Both the position numbers and the translations under genes were made by a program. A stretch of 64,000 nucleotides of DNA, taken from the human T2T-CHM13v2.0 reference genome, Homo sapiens. The notes beneath the pieces were generated by a model. It was not told where the DNA came from. It saw only the letters and a program-made list of their open reading frames with translations, and ran no database searches. Of the stretch, positions 1 through 25,430 are shown one piece after another (within the stretch, counting starts at the first letter, position 1; every line of letters begins with the position of its first letter). The stretch lies in the NCBI RefSeq assembly GCF_009914755.1, contig NC_060943.1; one strand, written 5' to 3'.

Positions 1-560
1 TGCATGGCTGGATGTCGTTGTACATGGCTGAGTGTGGTTGTGTATGGCTGGGTGTGGTTGTGCATGGCTGGGTGTGGTTGTACATGGCTGAGTGTGGTTG
101 TGTATGGCTGGGTGTGGTTGTGCACGACCAAGTGTGATTGTGTGTGGCTGAGTGTGATTGTATATGGCCAGGTTTGCCTGTGCATGGTTGGTGAAACCTG
201 TGTGTGGCCCGATGTGGTTGTGCATGACTGGGTGTGGTTGTGTATGGCTGAGTGTGGTTGTATATGGCTGGGTGTGGTTGTGTATGGCTGAGTGTGGTTT
301 TATATGGCTGGGTGTGGTTGTGTATGGCTGGATGTGGTTGTCATTGGCTGGGTGTGGTTGTGCATGGCTGGGTGTAGTTGTGCATGGCTGGGTGTGGCGT
401 GTATGGCTGGGTGTGGTTGTGCATGGCTGGGTGTGGTTGTGTATGGCTGGGTGTGGTGTGTATGGCTGGGTGTGGTTGTACATGACCAGGTATGATTGTG
501 TATGGCTGGGTGTCATTGTGTATGGTCAGGTTTGGTCATGCGTGGTGGGTGAGACCTGTG
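1..560. repeat. Degenerate 20-bp minisatellite (TGYATGGCTGGGTGTGGTTG)n, truncated by the window start
   Basis: More than 20 visible imperfect copies of a 20-nt TG-rich unit; explains the Cys/Trp/Val/Gly-rich ORFs at 4-667. Confidence 0.9.
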
Positions 561-1279
561 TGTGGCCAGGTGAGGTTGCATGTGAGCCACCTGTGCTGTT
601 AGTGTGGCTGGGGTGTGGCTGGGGTGTGACTGTGTGTGTCAGTGGTTGTTGGTGGCATTGTGTGTGACTTACCCATGTGTCACCTTGGGCATGTTCAGAG
701 GCACTTTGGAGGCACTGTCCACCCCTGAGACCCAGCTCTCTTGGAGGGTCCAGCCTCCCTCCCCACCTCTGCTCTGGTCTGCCAGTACCATCCCCCACCC
801 CTCCCCCACTGGCAGCAGCCCCTGGCCCAGGGCCCCAGTGGGGTGGTGGGGACAGAGAAGGCACTCAGGGCTGGGGAGGGGTGCCCAATCCCAGCTCAGG
901 CCTATAAATAGCTCTTTGAGCCCAGTAGATTCCCAGGCAAGGTTGCCTCATTCAAGCCCCCGGCAACAGCCCGCCCCTGGGCCCCAGGCCAGCCCCTCTA
1001 AGCTCAGCCCTGGCACCAGCGAGGGGCCGGGGGGTGGGGGCAAGGGGTGGGGAGGAGTGGAGAAGCGGGGGAAGCAGAAGGATGAGGATAGGTGGGGTTG
1101 GGGCTCAGCTCTGCGCCCACAGACCTTGGCTTCCACCTGGTCTCTACTCACTCTGTACATCCTCGGGCAGGTGATCCTAGCTCCTTAAGCCTCAGTTTCC
1201 CCAGCACCTGTAAAATAAACAGCAGTCCCTACCTGTGTGTTTACTTCCCATTTCATTCTCCAAGCAACCGGTAACGTAG

Positions 1280-4766
<3,487 letters not shown>

Positions 4767-5239
4767 TTATTCATGTGTCAACAGCAGTACCCAGTCCATA
4801 GAGTGTGCTACATAAATGCTGATCAGACAAAGGTGAATGAATGAATGATACAATCTGGCTGTAGTTGCTGGAAACAGCTCGGGGGTGTCACACACCTGGA
4901 CTCCCACCCTGCGTGCCTCTTACCAGCTGTGTGAACAAGGAGTCTCCCCGTCTCGTCCGTGCCTCAGTTTCCTCTCTGTAAATGGGGTAAACCAGTAATT
5001 GTAGCCAAAACTGCTTTGAACGTGAGTCCTGGAGAATCAGGCAGGGCGAGGTTCGAATCCCAGCTCTGCCTCTGTGCGTGACCTTGGGAAGCGACTTTGC
5101 CTCCTTGGGGCTCAGTTTCCCCACCTGTAAAATGGGACGGCCTCATCCTGGGGCATAATGGGGACGTTTAACGCGGTTCCTGGGGCAAAGAGAATGGGAG
5201 GAGAATCGATGCCATCTTCTCCTGGGTGCGGTGAGTGTC

Positions 5240-5530
5240 CAAAAAATGGGCGGGGTGGGGATTTTAGGCAGGGGAGCCCCCTCCCTCGCGCAGCCAGAGG
5301 CCTCGGGCTGGCGGGGGCGCATGCGCAGAGAGCCCTCGCGGCCCCTTTATAAGCACTGAGGCGGCGCTGGGGCCAGCGGAGCGCAGGGCGCAGGGGCTGG
5401 ACCCGGCGCGGAGCTGGCTGAGTCGGAGCGCAGCGTCCTTTGTGCCCGGCGGCCGCCCCGGGATGCGTCCGAGCTAGGAGCCAGGTGGGGGATCCGTGAG
5501 GGGGCCGTGTTGCGGGAGAAGACTTCGGGA
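5240..5530 (+). promoter_or_regulatory. NCAN: NCAN CpG-island promoter: NRF1 palindrome GCGCATGCGCA (5317-5327), TATA box TATAA (5348-5352), GC boxes
   Basis: CpG-dense segment; motifs read directly; lies just 5' of the exon-1 donor. Confidence 0.8.
5375..5484 (+). other. NCAN: NCAN exon 1 (5' UTR; start approximate, about 25-30 nt after TATA)
   Basis: Donor CCAG|GTGGGG at 5484/5485 downstream of the TATA box; no signal-peptide coding here. Confidence 0.7.
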
Positions 5531-8148
5531 TTAGAGACAGAGCTCAGGATTAGGGAGAGGACCTGAGACCAGGGAGAAGTCCCCAGAATGGGGAGGGGGC
5601 TGAAGCGGGGGAGGGGAGCCCTAGGTTGAGGAGGGAGCGCGAACTGGGAGGGGGCTTGGGAATGCTAGGTGAACAGACATTTGGGGAGGAAGGTTGTCCG
5701 CGGAATCCGGAGACTACCCCCCGGTGGGGAGGGGGCCGGGCTGGGGGTGGGTCTCAGGGTTGAGGAGGGAGCAATGGGAAACAGGGCTAGGGGAGGGGCC
5801 CCCCGAGTTTGGAGGGAAGAAGAGGACACCCAGATGCCGAATGGGGGACTCTGGAACAGGGCACCCCCGTATCTCAGCCGAGACACCCCAGGATTTTAAG
5901 TAGGGATTCCCAATTTGCGGTTGAATGGAGGATTCCGGGCCGGACTGCAGTGGGGAGGGGGCCCCCAGATCACCCTGTGCCCAATGGAAGGGTATCTGCG
6001 CTGAGAGCGAACGGCCATGGGGAAGGGGCTCCCTGCCATCTCCCTGTCCTTTTGGGTCAGGTCCGGTCACCACGTTCTGACTCAGGGAGGAGGTCCTGGG
6101 GGTCCCCATCCCAACGTGGTTCCCCGTTATTCCCTTAGACCTTGGGTTGAGGTGTTGTCCCTTATCCCAGGGAACACACTGGGTGTCCCAGGTGAATGTT
6201 GGGTGGGGGTCCCCTAGACCCCCCAGCTATGGATCCCCAGGACCTGTGAGGGATACCAGCTCAGAGGGGGGGCTGTCCCCCAGCACCTTCACAGCCTCCC
6301 ACGTCCTTACAGCATGACACAGACCCCTACCCCCACCCCCTTTAGTTCCACCTGTCCATATGGACACATGTGGAAGCGCTGGCTTGGTTTGGGGGCACAG
6401 GGGCTGGGAAGTAAGGGGCTGGGAAGTAAGGGCCCTGTCTGGGCAGGAGAGACCCCCATCCCTACGCGTGGGGCTTTGTTCCTCTCAGGCAGCATCAATG
6501 AGAAACAGCCAGGCCAGGGAGAGGGTTGGCTCTGGGCCCCAGCGGGGGACGTGGGGGCAGGGCAGGCAGGAAGGGGTGGGTGCACTGTGGGACCCCAGAA
6601 CCCAGCCGTCGCAATAGCTGATGGACATTCTGAAATCAAGTTCCCCCTCAAGGATATGGGGGTTTTGTGTGTGTGTCCACCCCAGACAGGCAGGGAGGGG
6701 GAGTATGCCCAGGGGTTCTAGGGTCCCCTGTGAGTCTGATGTGACTGTGGTTGTGTCTTTGTCAGAAAACTTGTGCCGAGGGCCACATCACCATGTGGCA
6801 AAATGATGGGTGTCCATCGGTCACCAAGGCCACAATTATCCATCTCGGTTTGTGCCAGGGGCTGGCATTGCCGTGTGAGTGAGGAGCTATGTCTGATGCT
6901 GTTCCGTTCATCAAGGGGTTTATGTTGGGGGGGGGGGCCCGAGACTGTGGGTGTGTGTCTTTGTGCAGAAGACACGCCGCCTGTCTTGTAAGTGCCCATA
7001 TTGTCTCTCTTTGTTAATGTCACTGTGAATCTGTGTGAGTGTGTGTTTCCCCGGGGTCTGTGTCTGGGGTGCGTGGCTGTGTGTGTCCCGCTTGTGTATC
7101 TGGAGGGGCCAAGGGTTCTTTCCATGCGGTTGGCAGTGTGCACCCTTGGCACGGGGGTGTGGGACGTGGTCTGTGTTCAGAGTTGGGGCGCTAACAGGGA
7201 AAGCTTGAGCAGGGGTTGAAATCCCCAAGGGGAAGCCCGGGATGATGACTGAGCCCATCTCCCTTTCTCCTCCACGGAGTTCCACATTCACACCCATGCA
7301 CACTAATACACCCTGACTCTCAGGTCAGAAACACACACATGTGCGCACAGCCCCCTGCTGAGGGTCACTCAGACTCACACACATCCACAGATCACACTAG
7401 GTCCCATGTGCTCCACCCGGTGCACGGAGCTGCTGCAGGCTCACACACACAACATGCACCCACCACATGGCACAACCGCCTTCACACCCTTGCCAGGACA
7501 CAACACCCCGGACACACACCCAGTCACAAACACTCACAAATGCCCATTGGCAAACTCACCTTCACTCAGTGCTAACGGAGACTTGAGGTGGGGGTGAAGT
7601 GAAGGAGGGGACACACACACACTTACACACACACACTCACACACACTCTCTCTCTCACACACACACATTCACATGGATCCGAGCTGCCCCTCCTCCAGCA
7701 CCCCGCAGGCCCCTGCTTGCATATGCATGAGGCTTGTACATTATTCATGAGGGCACGGGCCCCAGACAGCTGTGTAAATGCTCATCTCTGGCCGCCCTGG
7801 GGAGGAGGTATTTTAAGAGAAGGGTGTGGGTGTGTGAGGGTGCGAGTGGAAGGGAGTGGGAGGGTGTGTGTGGGGGGTGTGCACCTGAAACTGTGTCTGT
7901 CACCATGTTGGGCAACCTCAGTATATTTTTAGCGTATACATGAGGCTTTGTGTCTAAAGAGCTGTTTTTAAATTTAACATTTCTAGGACTTTGCAAGTCT
8001 TAGGTCATTTCATCCTCACAGTAGCTGCAGGTGGTACTTGCTGGATAATCTCCATTTTACAGGTGGGGAAACTGAGGCACAGAGAGATTGAAGCAGCTTG
8101 TCCCGGATTAGAAGCAGAGCTATCTGGATGTAGTCTGACCTGTTAACG

Positions 8149-8149
<1 letters not shown>

Positions 8150-8200
<51 letters not shown>
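8150..8200. repeat. Compound (GT)n(GA)n microsatellite
   Basis: Direct reading. Confidence 0.95.
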
Positions 8201-8549
8201 AAGAGAATTCTCTGGCCTTGTCCTCTCGTAAGGCCCTGCTGGGGGCAGGTGCAACCCGGAGTCCTGTCTCTCTCTAATACCTGGCCAGGCCTGGAACAGC
8301 CATGAGGGGACCCCACACTTGCTCAGGGTTCCAAGGGGAAGAAATGAGAACAGCCTGGTGAAGGCAGAGGTTGCTGAGGTTTACAAGTTGGTAGTTGGGA
8401 GCACTGGTCCAGGGTCTGGCTTTGACCTCTACCCTGCTGTGCAGCCTGAGGCAAACCTCTAGCCCTCTCTGGTCCCTGAGGCATCGTGTTAGCAGGCAGG
8501 AGGCAGGGGTGGACTAGGTGGGCTTTGCCGCTGCGTTGCCGCCTCAGAG

Positions 8550-8570
8550 TTCAGCACCACGGACAGGTCC
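8550..8570 (+). promoter_or_regulatory. REST/NRSF binding site (RE1/NRSE) in NCAN intron 1
   Basis: TTCAGCACCACGGACAGGTCC, 19/21 identical to canonical TTCAGCACCACGGACAGCGCC. Confidence 0.85.
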
Positions 8571-9494
8571 CAGGCCGGCCTCCCAGCAGGGGACTCTGGG
8601 AGCTGGGAAGGAGAACTGGGGAAAGGGACAGCTGTCACATACAGCCTCCCCTTCTGGACTCCGTTCACACCCCTTCCTCAGGGATAATTTCTTATGGGGG
8701 CGGGGAGCAAGGATTGGGTTTGCAGATGATGTTCTAATTTTCCATCTGCGCCCACCTCCTGAGCCCTGGTGACCGGGGTTCGCAGGAGTGGGAGGTTTTG
8801 GGGAGGGACCACCTCCCCAGGATTCCTAGTCTCTGGAACAATGTGAAGTCAGGAAATGCACTGCTGTGTCCCAACGACTGGCATGGGCTTTGCTCACAGT
8901 AGGCGCTTAATAATTGTCCACTTTATCCCTATGGGTCCTAGCCCCTATAGGGAAATGGACCCACAACTGAAGTTTCTCTGTGGGCCTAAGAAGTATCTTT
9001 GTTGAGCTGTGTGAAGTCAGGAGGAGGATGGGTGGGCAGGGGTGAGCCCCTTCCTCCAGCTGGGAGTTGGTGGCTCCTCCAAAATCCCAGAAACCAAGAA
9101 TAGAATCTTGGTGACAACCAAATCCTGGAATTGAAGCTGCGAATCGTGTCAGCCAGCAAACCCAGATTAAAGGATGGCTTAGAGGCCAGCCTGCTGCCTG
9201 GACTGAGGATGCTGGGAGGACTGGGACAGACTGCTGCCCTCTAGGAGCCGCCAGTCTGATGGAGGAGGCTGACTTGAAAAATGGTATTTCAGTCTTGGCT
9301 GTGTTAAGGTCGGTAATAATAATAGCAGCAGCTAAAATGTACCCCTTACTGCATGAGACAGTTCTAAGCATTTTATATGTATTGACTCATCCATTCCTTT
9401 CAACTACCTGATGTTATCCCCATCTGACCCACAAAGAAAGTAAGGCACAGAGAAGGTAAGCAACTTGCCCAAGATCACACAAAAGGAACAGTGA

Positions 9495-10174
<680 letters not shown>

Positions 10175-10376
10175 TGAGGTCAAGTGGCCCTGGGTTCGAA
10201 TTCTGGCTCAGCCCTTTGCTGGCTCCTTCTGTGACCTAGAATAACACACTGGTCTCTCTGAGCCCTGGTTTCCTGATCTGTAGAGTGGGGGAGTTTGGTC
10301 CTGCAATGCTGAATATCTGGGAGGGTTGGGCTGTGGCTCACCCCTCCCTCCCTCTCCATTTTGTTCCAGATCCAGG

Positions 10377-10449
10377 ATGGGGGCCCCGTTTGTCTGGGCC
10401 TTGGGCCTTTTGATGCTGCAGATGCTGCTCTTTGTGGCTGGGGAACAGG
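10377..10449 (+). CDS. NCAN: NCAN exon 2 coding part, signal peptide [25 protein letters not shown] (exon begins 10370)
   Basis: ttccag|ATCCAGGATGG start context; hydrophobic leader; donor G|GTGAGT. Confidence 0.96.
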
Positions 10450-11127
10450 GTGAGTTGGTTTGTGGGGAGGGAGAGATTGGGGTCTAGGGGATGGACAAGA
10501 TGGGGCAGCTTTTGAATTCCAGAGCCTTCTCCTGCTGGTCTCCTGGCATGGGCTAGAGAATAAAATGAGAATAGATTTTAAAAGGTCTTTGAACAGTCAA
10601 AAGCGAACAGGATACCTAAGAGGTTATTTTTAGTCATTGTCAGCAGAAGCTGGAGATTCCCGCCTCTCATCGTTTTGCTCAGATGAACTGGAGAGAAAGA
10701 AAGAAAGAAATGAGAATAGTGCAGAGATTGATTAGTGATGTCTGCCAAGGGTGGAGCGATGGAAATAAAGGTCTGTGTCCCTCTACTGGTGGTCAAGAGC
10801 CCAGGTTTTAGAAATCCCTCACAGATTTGGTCTGTGACCTTAGGCAAGTATAATTATCTCTCTGAACTTCAGTTTCCTCAACTCCCCCCAAAGAGAATGA
10901 GACATTGCTACTCTGCAGATGGTTATGAAAATCAAATGAGCTGATTGCTATAAAGTGCCTGTTACAAAGATGGTACTCTGCAAACACCATTTCCTTTTCA
11001 TTAGCTGTCTTTTGCTTTACCTTTCGGAAAAACTGGGGCTCAGGGAAGGAAAATGCCTCTCCCAGGGCCATACAGTGAATCAGTGGCACTGGAGTGAAAT
11101 CCCTGTCCTTATAAAAATAAAGTGAGG

Positions 11128-12207
<1,080 letters not shown>

Positions 12208-12337
12208 TGAGGTCAAGTGGCCCTAGGTTCAAATTCTGGCTCAGCCCTTTTAAAAAATTTTTTAAAAGAGGGAAATAGCAGTCCCTGCTTGGTTCTTGCC
12301 TCTGAATCAGGCCCTCTCTCCACCTTCTCCAACCCAG

Positions 12338-12739
12338 GCACACAGGATATCACCGATGCCAGCGAAAGGGGGCTCCACATGCAGAAGCTGGGGTCTGGGT
12401 CAGTGCAGGCTGCGCTGGCGGAGCTGGTGGCCCTGCCCTGTCTCTTTACCCTGCAGCCACGGCCAAGCGCAGCCCGAGATGCCCCTCGGATAAAGTGGAC
12501 CAAGGTGCGGACTGCGTCGGGCCAGCGACAGGACTTGCCCATCCTGGTGGCCAAGGACAATGTCGTGAGGGTGGCCAAAAGCTGGCAGGGACGAGTGTCA
12601 CTGCCTTCCTACCCCCGGCGCCGAGCCAACGCCACGCTACTTCTGGGGCCACTGAGGGCCAGTGACTCTGGGCTGTACCGCTGCCAGGTGGTGAGGGGCA
12701 TCGAGGATGAGCAGGACCTGGTGCCCTTGGAGGTGACAG
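12338..12739 (+). CDS. NCAN: NCAN exon 3, Ig-like V domain
   Basis: cag|GCACACAGG ... GTGACAG|gtcagt; LPC...IKW...DSGLYRC Ig motif; 402 nt. Confidence 0.97.
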
Positions 12740-12837
12740 GTCAGTTGGGGGCAAAGGAGGGGCCGGGGACCGGGGAGAGGGAGGGCTGAGCCTGGAGCCC
12801 ACCCACTGAATGTCACCTTAGAAATCCCTCCCTGAGA

Positions 12838-17203
<4,366 letters not shown>

Positions 17204-17447
17204 GTAAACGCTTTTCACATTGTAAATATTTGCTAACTTGTAACCCTTTATGGCCATTGTTATCAGTTTCCTCATCTGTAAAATGGGGGCATATGGATCT
17301 TGCTCCCCACCCTCGACCCACACTGTGCCTGGCGCTAGGTCTATTATTATCAGACAGGGGTGGGGAGTCATTCTGCAAGAGGTAGGTCTGTTCTTGAAGA
17401 TTCCAGCATAAGTCAACTGTCCCCCCATCCTGGATGTTCCCCCACAG

Positions 17448-17622
17448 GTGTTGTGTTCCACTACCGATCAGCCCGGGACCGCTATGCACTGACCTTCGCT
17501 GAGGCCCAGGAGGCCTGCCGTCTCAGCTCAGCCATCATTGCAGCCCCTCGGCATCTACAGGCTGCCTTTGAGGATGGCTTTGACAACTGTGATGCTGGCT
17601 GGCTCTCTGACCGCACTGTTCG
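17448..17622 (+). CDS. NCAN: NCAN exon 4, Link module 1 (first half)
   Basis: GVVFHYR...[12 protein letters not shown]; cag|GTG, CG|gtgagg. Confidence 0.97.
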
Positions 17623-17732
17623 GTGAGGGGGATACACAGGGCAGGGAGATGAAGACTAGCTCATGGGGAAGGAGGTTCCTTGGGGGCTCCAGGAGCACAC
17701 GTCTGAGAGGGACCCTCCCCTTGTGTTGTCAG

Positions 17733-17860
17733 GTATCCTATCACCCAGTCCCGTCCTGGTTGCTATGGCGACCGTAGCAGCCTTCCAGGGGTTCGGAGCT
17801 ATGGGAGGCGCAACCCACAGGAACTCTACGATGTGTATTGCTTTGCCCGGGAGCTGGGGG
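17733..17860 (+). CDS. NCAN: NCAN exon 5, Link module 1 (second half)
   Basis: [12 protein letters not shown]...YDVYCF; ag|GTAT, G|gtaagt. Confidence 0.97.
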
Positions 17861-18381
17861 GTAAGTCTGGGACTGGCAGGACCCGGCCCCTCCGCCTCTC
17901 TTTGAGTATCTATTATTCTCCCCAGCTCCCATCCTCCGGGGTCCTTATGCAACTCCCCTGTCTTATACCTCCCTAAACCTGCAACCAAGACATGATTCCA
18001 CTCATTTTCTGAGCTTTCCATGCCTCCCTGAGTCCCCCTCCCTCCCTTTGCCCCCTTCCTCTCTCTGATCCTCTTTCCCTCTCTAATCCCCTGTCCCCTG
18101 CCTGCCTCCCTGTCCCTATCCCCTTCCTCCTCTGTGAGCCCCCTTCACCGAGCCCCTCCCTCTCTCTGAAGCCCGACTTGCCCATGGGCCTGAGTTACTC
18201 CATTTGTAAAAAGAGGCTTAGCTCTGCATGAGAGGTAAGGACAAGGATGATCCCGGAGCTGGACGCACAGCTGCGGTTGTCACCGCCTCTTCTAACCACC
18301 ACCCTAACACGTCCAGGTCGGAACTATTTGGAGTTGGACCCACTTCCTGGGCTCCAGGGGAGGGTTCCCCAGCCCCCCTGA

Positions 18382-18825
<444 letters not shown>

Positions 18826-19195
18826 TGAGGGCCACGCCCCCGGGTGAAGGCCACACCCGTTACGACAAGTCTTTCCCTAGGAGCCCCGTCCTGGGTAAAG
18901 AACAGGGCTCCAGAGGAGGCCACTCTGGTGGGGAGTCACCTTTGCTGGGTGGGCTGTATCTCCTGAGGTCCGGAGGCCCCATAACCTTGAAAGACAAGCC
19001 CCTAGGTGGGGCATACTCTACCTAGAGCCACGCCCATACGCAGAAACACCCCCGTGGAAGAGATAATGCCTCAATTGGCCACCTCTGGGCACCACACCGG
19101 ATGTGGGAGCAGGGATGACACTCGCCCTTGTTGGGGGGCAGTGGGGACAGCTTTGGAAGCTGCAAGCATCAACCCCAAGGAGCCATGTCCTCTAA

Positions 19196-19666
<471 letters not shown>

Positions 19667-19912
19667 TGAGTCCTCACTGCAGCCAGTTGACTCTGACCCT
19701 GACAGTGGCTCAGGTGGTCTCCAGCCTGAACAGTGGAGGTGAAAATTTTGCACTTCCCTCTCCCAGGCTGGGGGAATCTCAGAAACTACTTAGGAGAGAC
19801 AGAGGTACACAGAAGGCTTATGCTGCAGCATGCTGGAAAGTGGGTAGACTTCAAGCAGAACTTCCCAGGCAACCCCTGGGCCTAACACAACCTCTTCTGC
19901 TTTCTCCCACAG

Positions 19913-20500
19913 CTCATCACCCCACGTCACAACATGGAGACCTAGAGACCCCATCCTCTGGGGATGAGGGGGAGATTCTGTCAGCAGAGGGGCCCCCAGT
20001 TAGAGAACTGGAGCCCACCCTGGAGGAGGAAGAGGTGGTCACCCCTGACTTCCAGGAGCCTCTGGTGTCCAGTGGGGAAGAAGAAACCCTGATTTTGGAG
20101 GAGAAGCAGGAGTCTCAACAGACCCTCAGCCCTACCCCTGGGGACCCCATGCTGGCCTCATGGCCCACTGGGGAAGTGTGGCTAAGCACGGTGGCCCCCA
20201 GCCCTAGCGACATGGGGGCAGGCACTGCAGCAAGTTCACACACGGAGGTGGCCCCAACTGACCCTATGCCTAGGAGAAGGGGGCGCTTCAAAGGGTTGAA
20301 TGGGCGCTACTTCCAGCAGCAGGAACCGGAGCCGGGGCTGCAAGGGGGGATGGAGGCCAGCGCCCAGCCCCCCACCTCAGAGGCTGCAGTGAACCAAATG
20401 GAGCCTCCGTTGGCCATGGCAGTCACAGAGATGTTGGGCAGTGGCCAGAGCCGGAGCCCCTGGGCTGATCTGACCAATGAGGTGGATATGCCTGGAGCTG
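19913..20500 (+). CDS. NCAN: NCAN exon 7, central GAG-attachment region part 1
   Basis: cag|CTCATCAC ... GCTG|gtgagt; acidic with Ser-Gly sites (SSGDE, SSGEE); 588 nt. Confidence 0.96.
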
Positions 20501-20707
20501 GTGAGTTGCTCTGGGGGAGGCGGGACCTACCTGGGGATCTGGAGGTGAGGGTAGAGAGGTAGCCATGGCTACACTCAGAATGAGGGAGGAAGCTCCAAAT
20601 CCCAGCTGGGTCCTCTGGCCCCAGAAGCCCCCTCTCCCTTGGGCCTGGAGTCCAACCAAAGGGGCTGCTGAGAGATCATTGTAATGATTGCCTTGATGTT
20701 GTTGCAG

Positions 20708-22066
20708 GTTCTGCTGGTGGCAAGAGCTCCCCAGAGCCCTGGCTGTGGCCCCCTACCATGGTCCCACCCAGCATCTCAGGCCACAGCAGGGCCCCTGTCC
20801 TGGAGCTAGAGAAAGCCGAGGGCCCCAGTGCCAGGCCAGCCACCCCAGACCTGTTTTGGTCCCCCTTGGAGGCCACTGTCTCAGCTCCCAGCCCTGCCCC
20901 CTGGGAGGCATTCCCTGTGGCCACCTCCCCAGATCTCCCTATGATGGCCATGCTGCGTGGTCCCAAAGAGTGGATGCTACCACACCCCACCCCCATCTCC
21001 ACCGAGGCCAATAGAGTTGAGGCACATGGTGAGGCCACCGCCACGGCTCCACCCTCCCCTGCTGCAGAGACCAAGGTGTATTCCCTGCCTCTCTCTTTGA
21101 CCCCAACAGGACAGGGTGGAGAGGCCATGCCCACAACACCTGAGTCCCCCAGGGCAGACTTCAGAGAAACTGGGGAGACCAGCCCTGCTCAGGTCAACAA
21201 AGCTGAGCACTCCAGCTCCAGCCCATGGCCTTCTGTAAACAGGAATGTGGCTGTAGGTTTTGTCCCCACTGAGACTGCCACTGAGCCAACGGGCCTCAGG
21301 GGTATCCCGGGGTCTGAGTCTGGGGTCTTCGACACAGCAGAAAGCCCCACTTCTGGCTTGCAGGCCACTGTAGATGAGGTGCAGGACCCCTGGCCCTCAG
21401 TGTACAGCAAAGGGCTGGATGCAAGTTCCCCATCTGCCCCCCTGGGGAGCCCTGGAGTCTTCTTGGTACCCAAAGTCACCCCAAATTTGGAGCCTTGGGT
21501 TGCTACAGATGAAGGACCCACTGTGAATCCCATGGATTCCACAGTCACGCCGGCCCCCAGTGATGCTAGTGGAATTTGGGAACCTGGATCCCAGGTGTTT
21601 GAAGAAGCCGAAAGCACCACCTTGAGCCCTCAGGTGGCCCTGGATACAAGCATTGTGACGCCCCTCACGACCCTGGAGCAGGGGGACAAGGTTGGAGTTC
21701 CAGCCATGTCTACACTGGGCTCCTCAAGCTCCCAACCCCACCCAGAGCCAGAGGATCAGGTGGAGACCCAGGGAACATCAGGAGCTTCAGTGCCTCCGCA
21801 TCAGAGCAGTCCCCTAGGGAAACCGGCTGTTCCTCCTGGGACACCGACTGCAGCCAGTGTGGGCGAGTCTGCCTCAGTTTCCTCAGGGGAGCCTACGGTA
21901 CCGTGGGACCCCTCCAGCACCCTGCTGCCTGTCACCCTGGGCATAGAGGACTTCGAACTGGAGGTCCTGGCAGGGAGCCCGGGTGTAGAGAGCTTCTGGG
22001 AGGAGGTGGCAAGTGGAGAGGAGCCAGCCCTGCCAGGGACCCCTATGAATGCAGGTGCGGAGGAGG
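20708..22066 (+). CDS. NCAN: NCAN exon 8, central Pro/Ser/Thr-rich region part 2
   Basis: cag|GTTCTGCT ... GAGG|gtgagt; 1359 nt open frame matching ORF 20758-22185. Confidence 0.96.
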
Positions 22067-22300
22067 GTGAGTACAAAGTCCCGGGGCTCTGTCCAGCTCT
22101 CCATGGTCAGGGCTTGGGGAGCAGGGGCTGGGGGATCCCAGAGCAGGGAGGAATGGTTGTCCCTGGGGATCTGGAAGCTTTCTAGTGGGGCATGACGCTG
22201 GAGGTAGGAGCTTATCAGGTGGAGTTGAATTTCAGAAAGGACATTCCTGGCAGAGGAACGAGCACTGGCAAAGGCCAGGAGATGAAGTAGCGCTTGATCA

Positions 22301-25430
<3,130 letters not shown>

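Noticed and set aside
4-667. Cys/Trp/Val-rich ORFs
   Set aside because: Translations of the 20-bp TG-rich minisatellite; no splice or domain evidence
10364-10376. Tandem acceptors 6 nt apart before the NCAN ATG
   Set aside because: Either choice yields the same CCAGGATG context and the same protein
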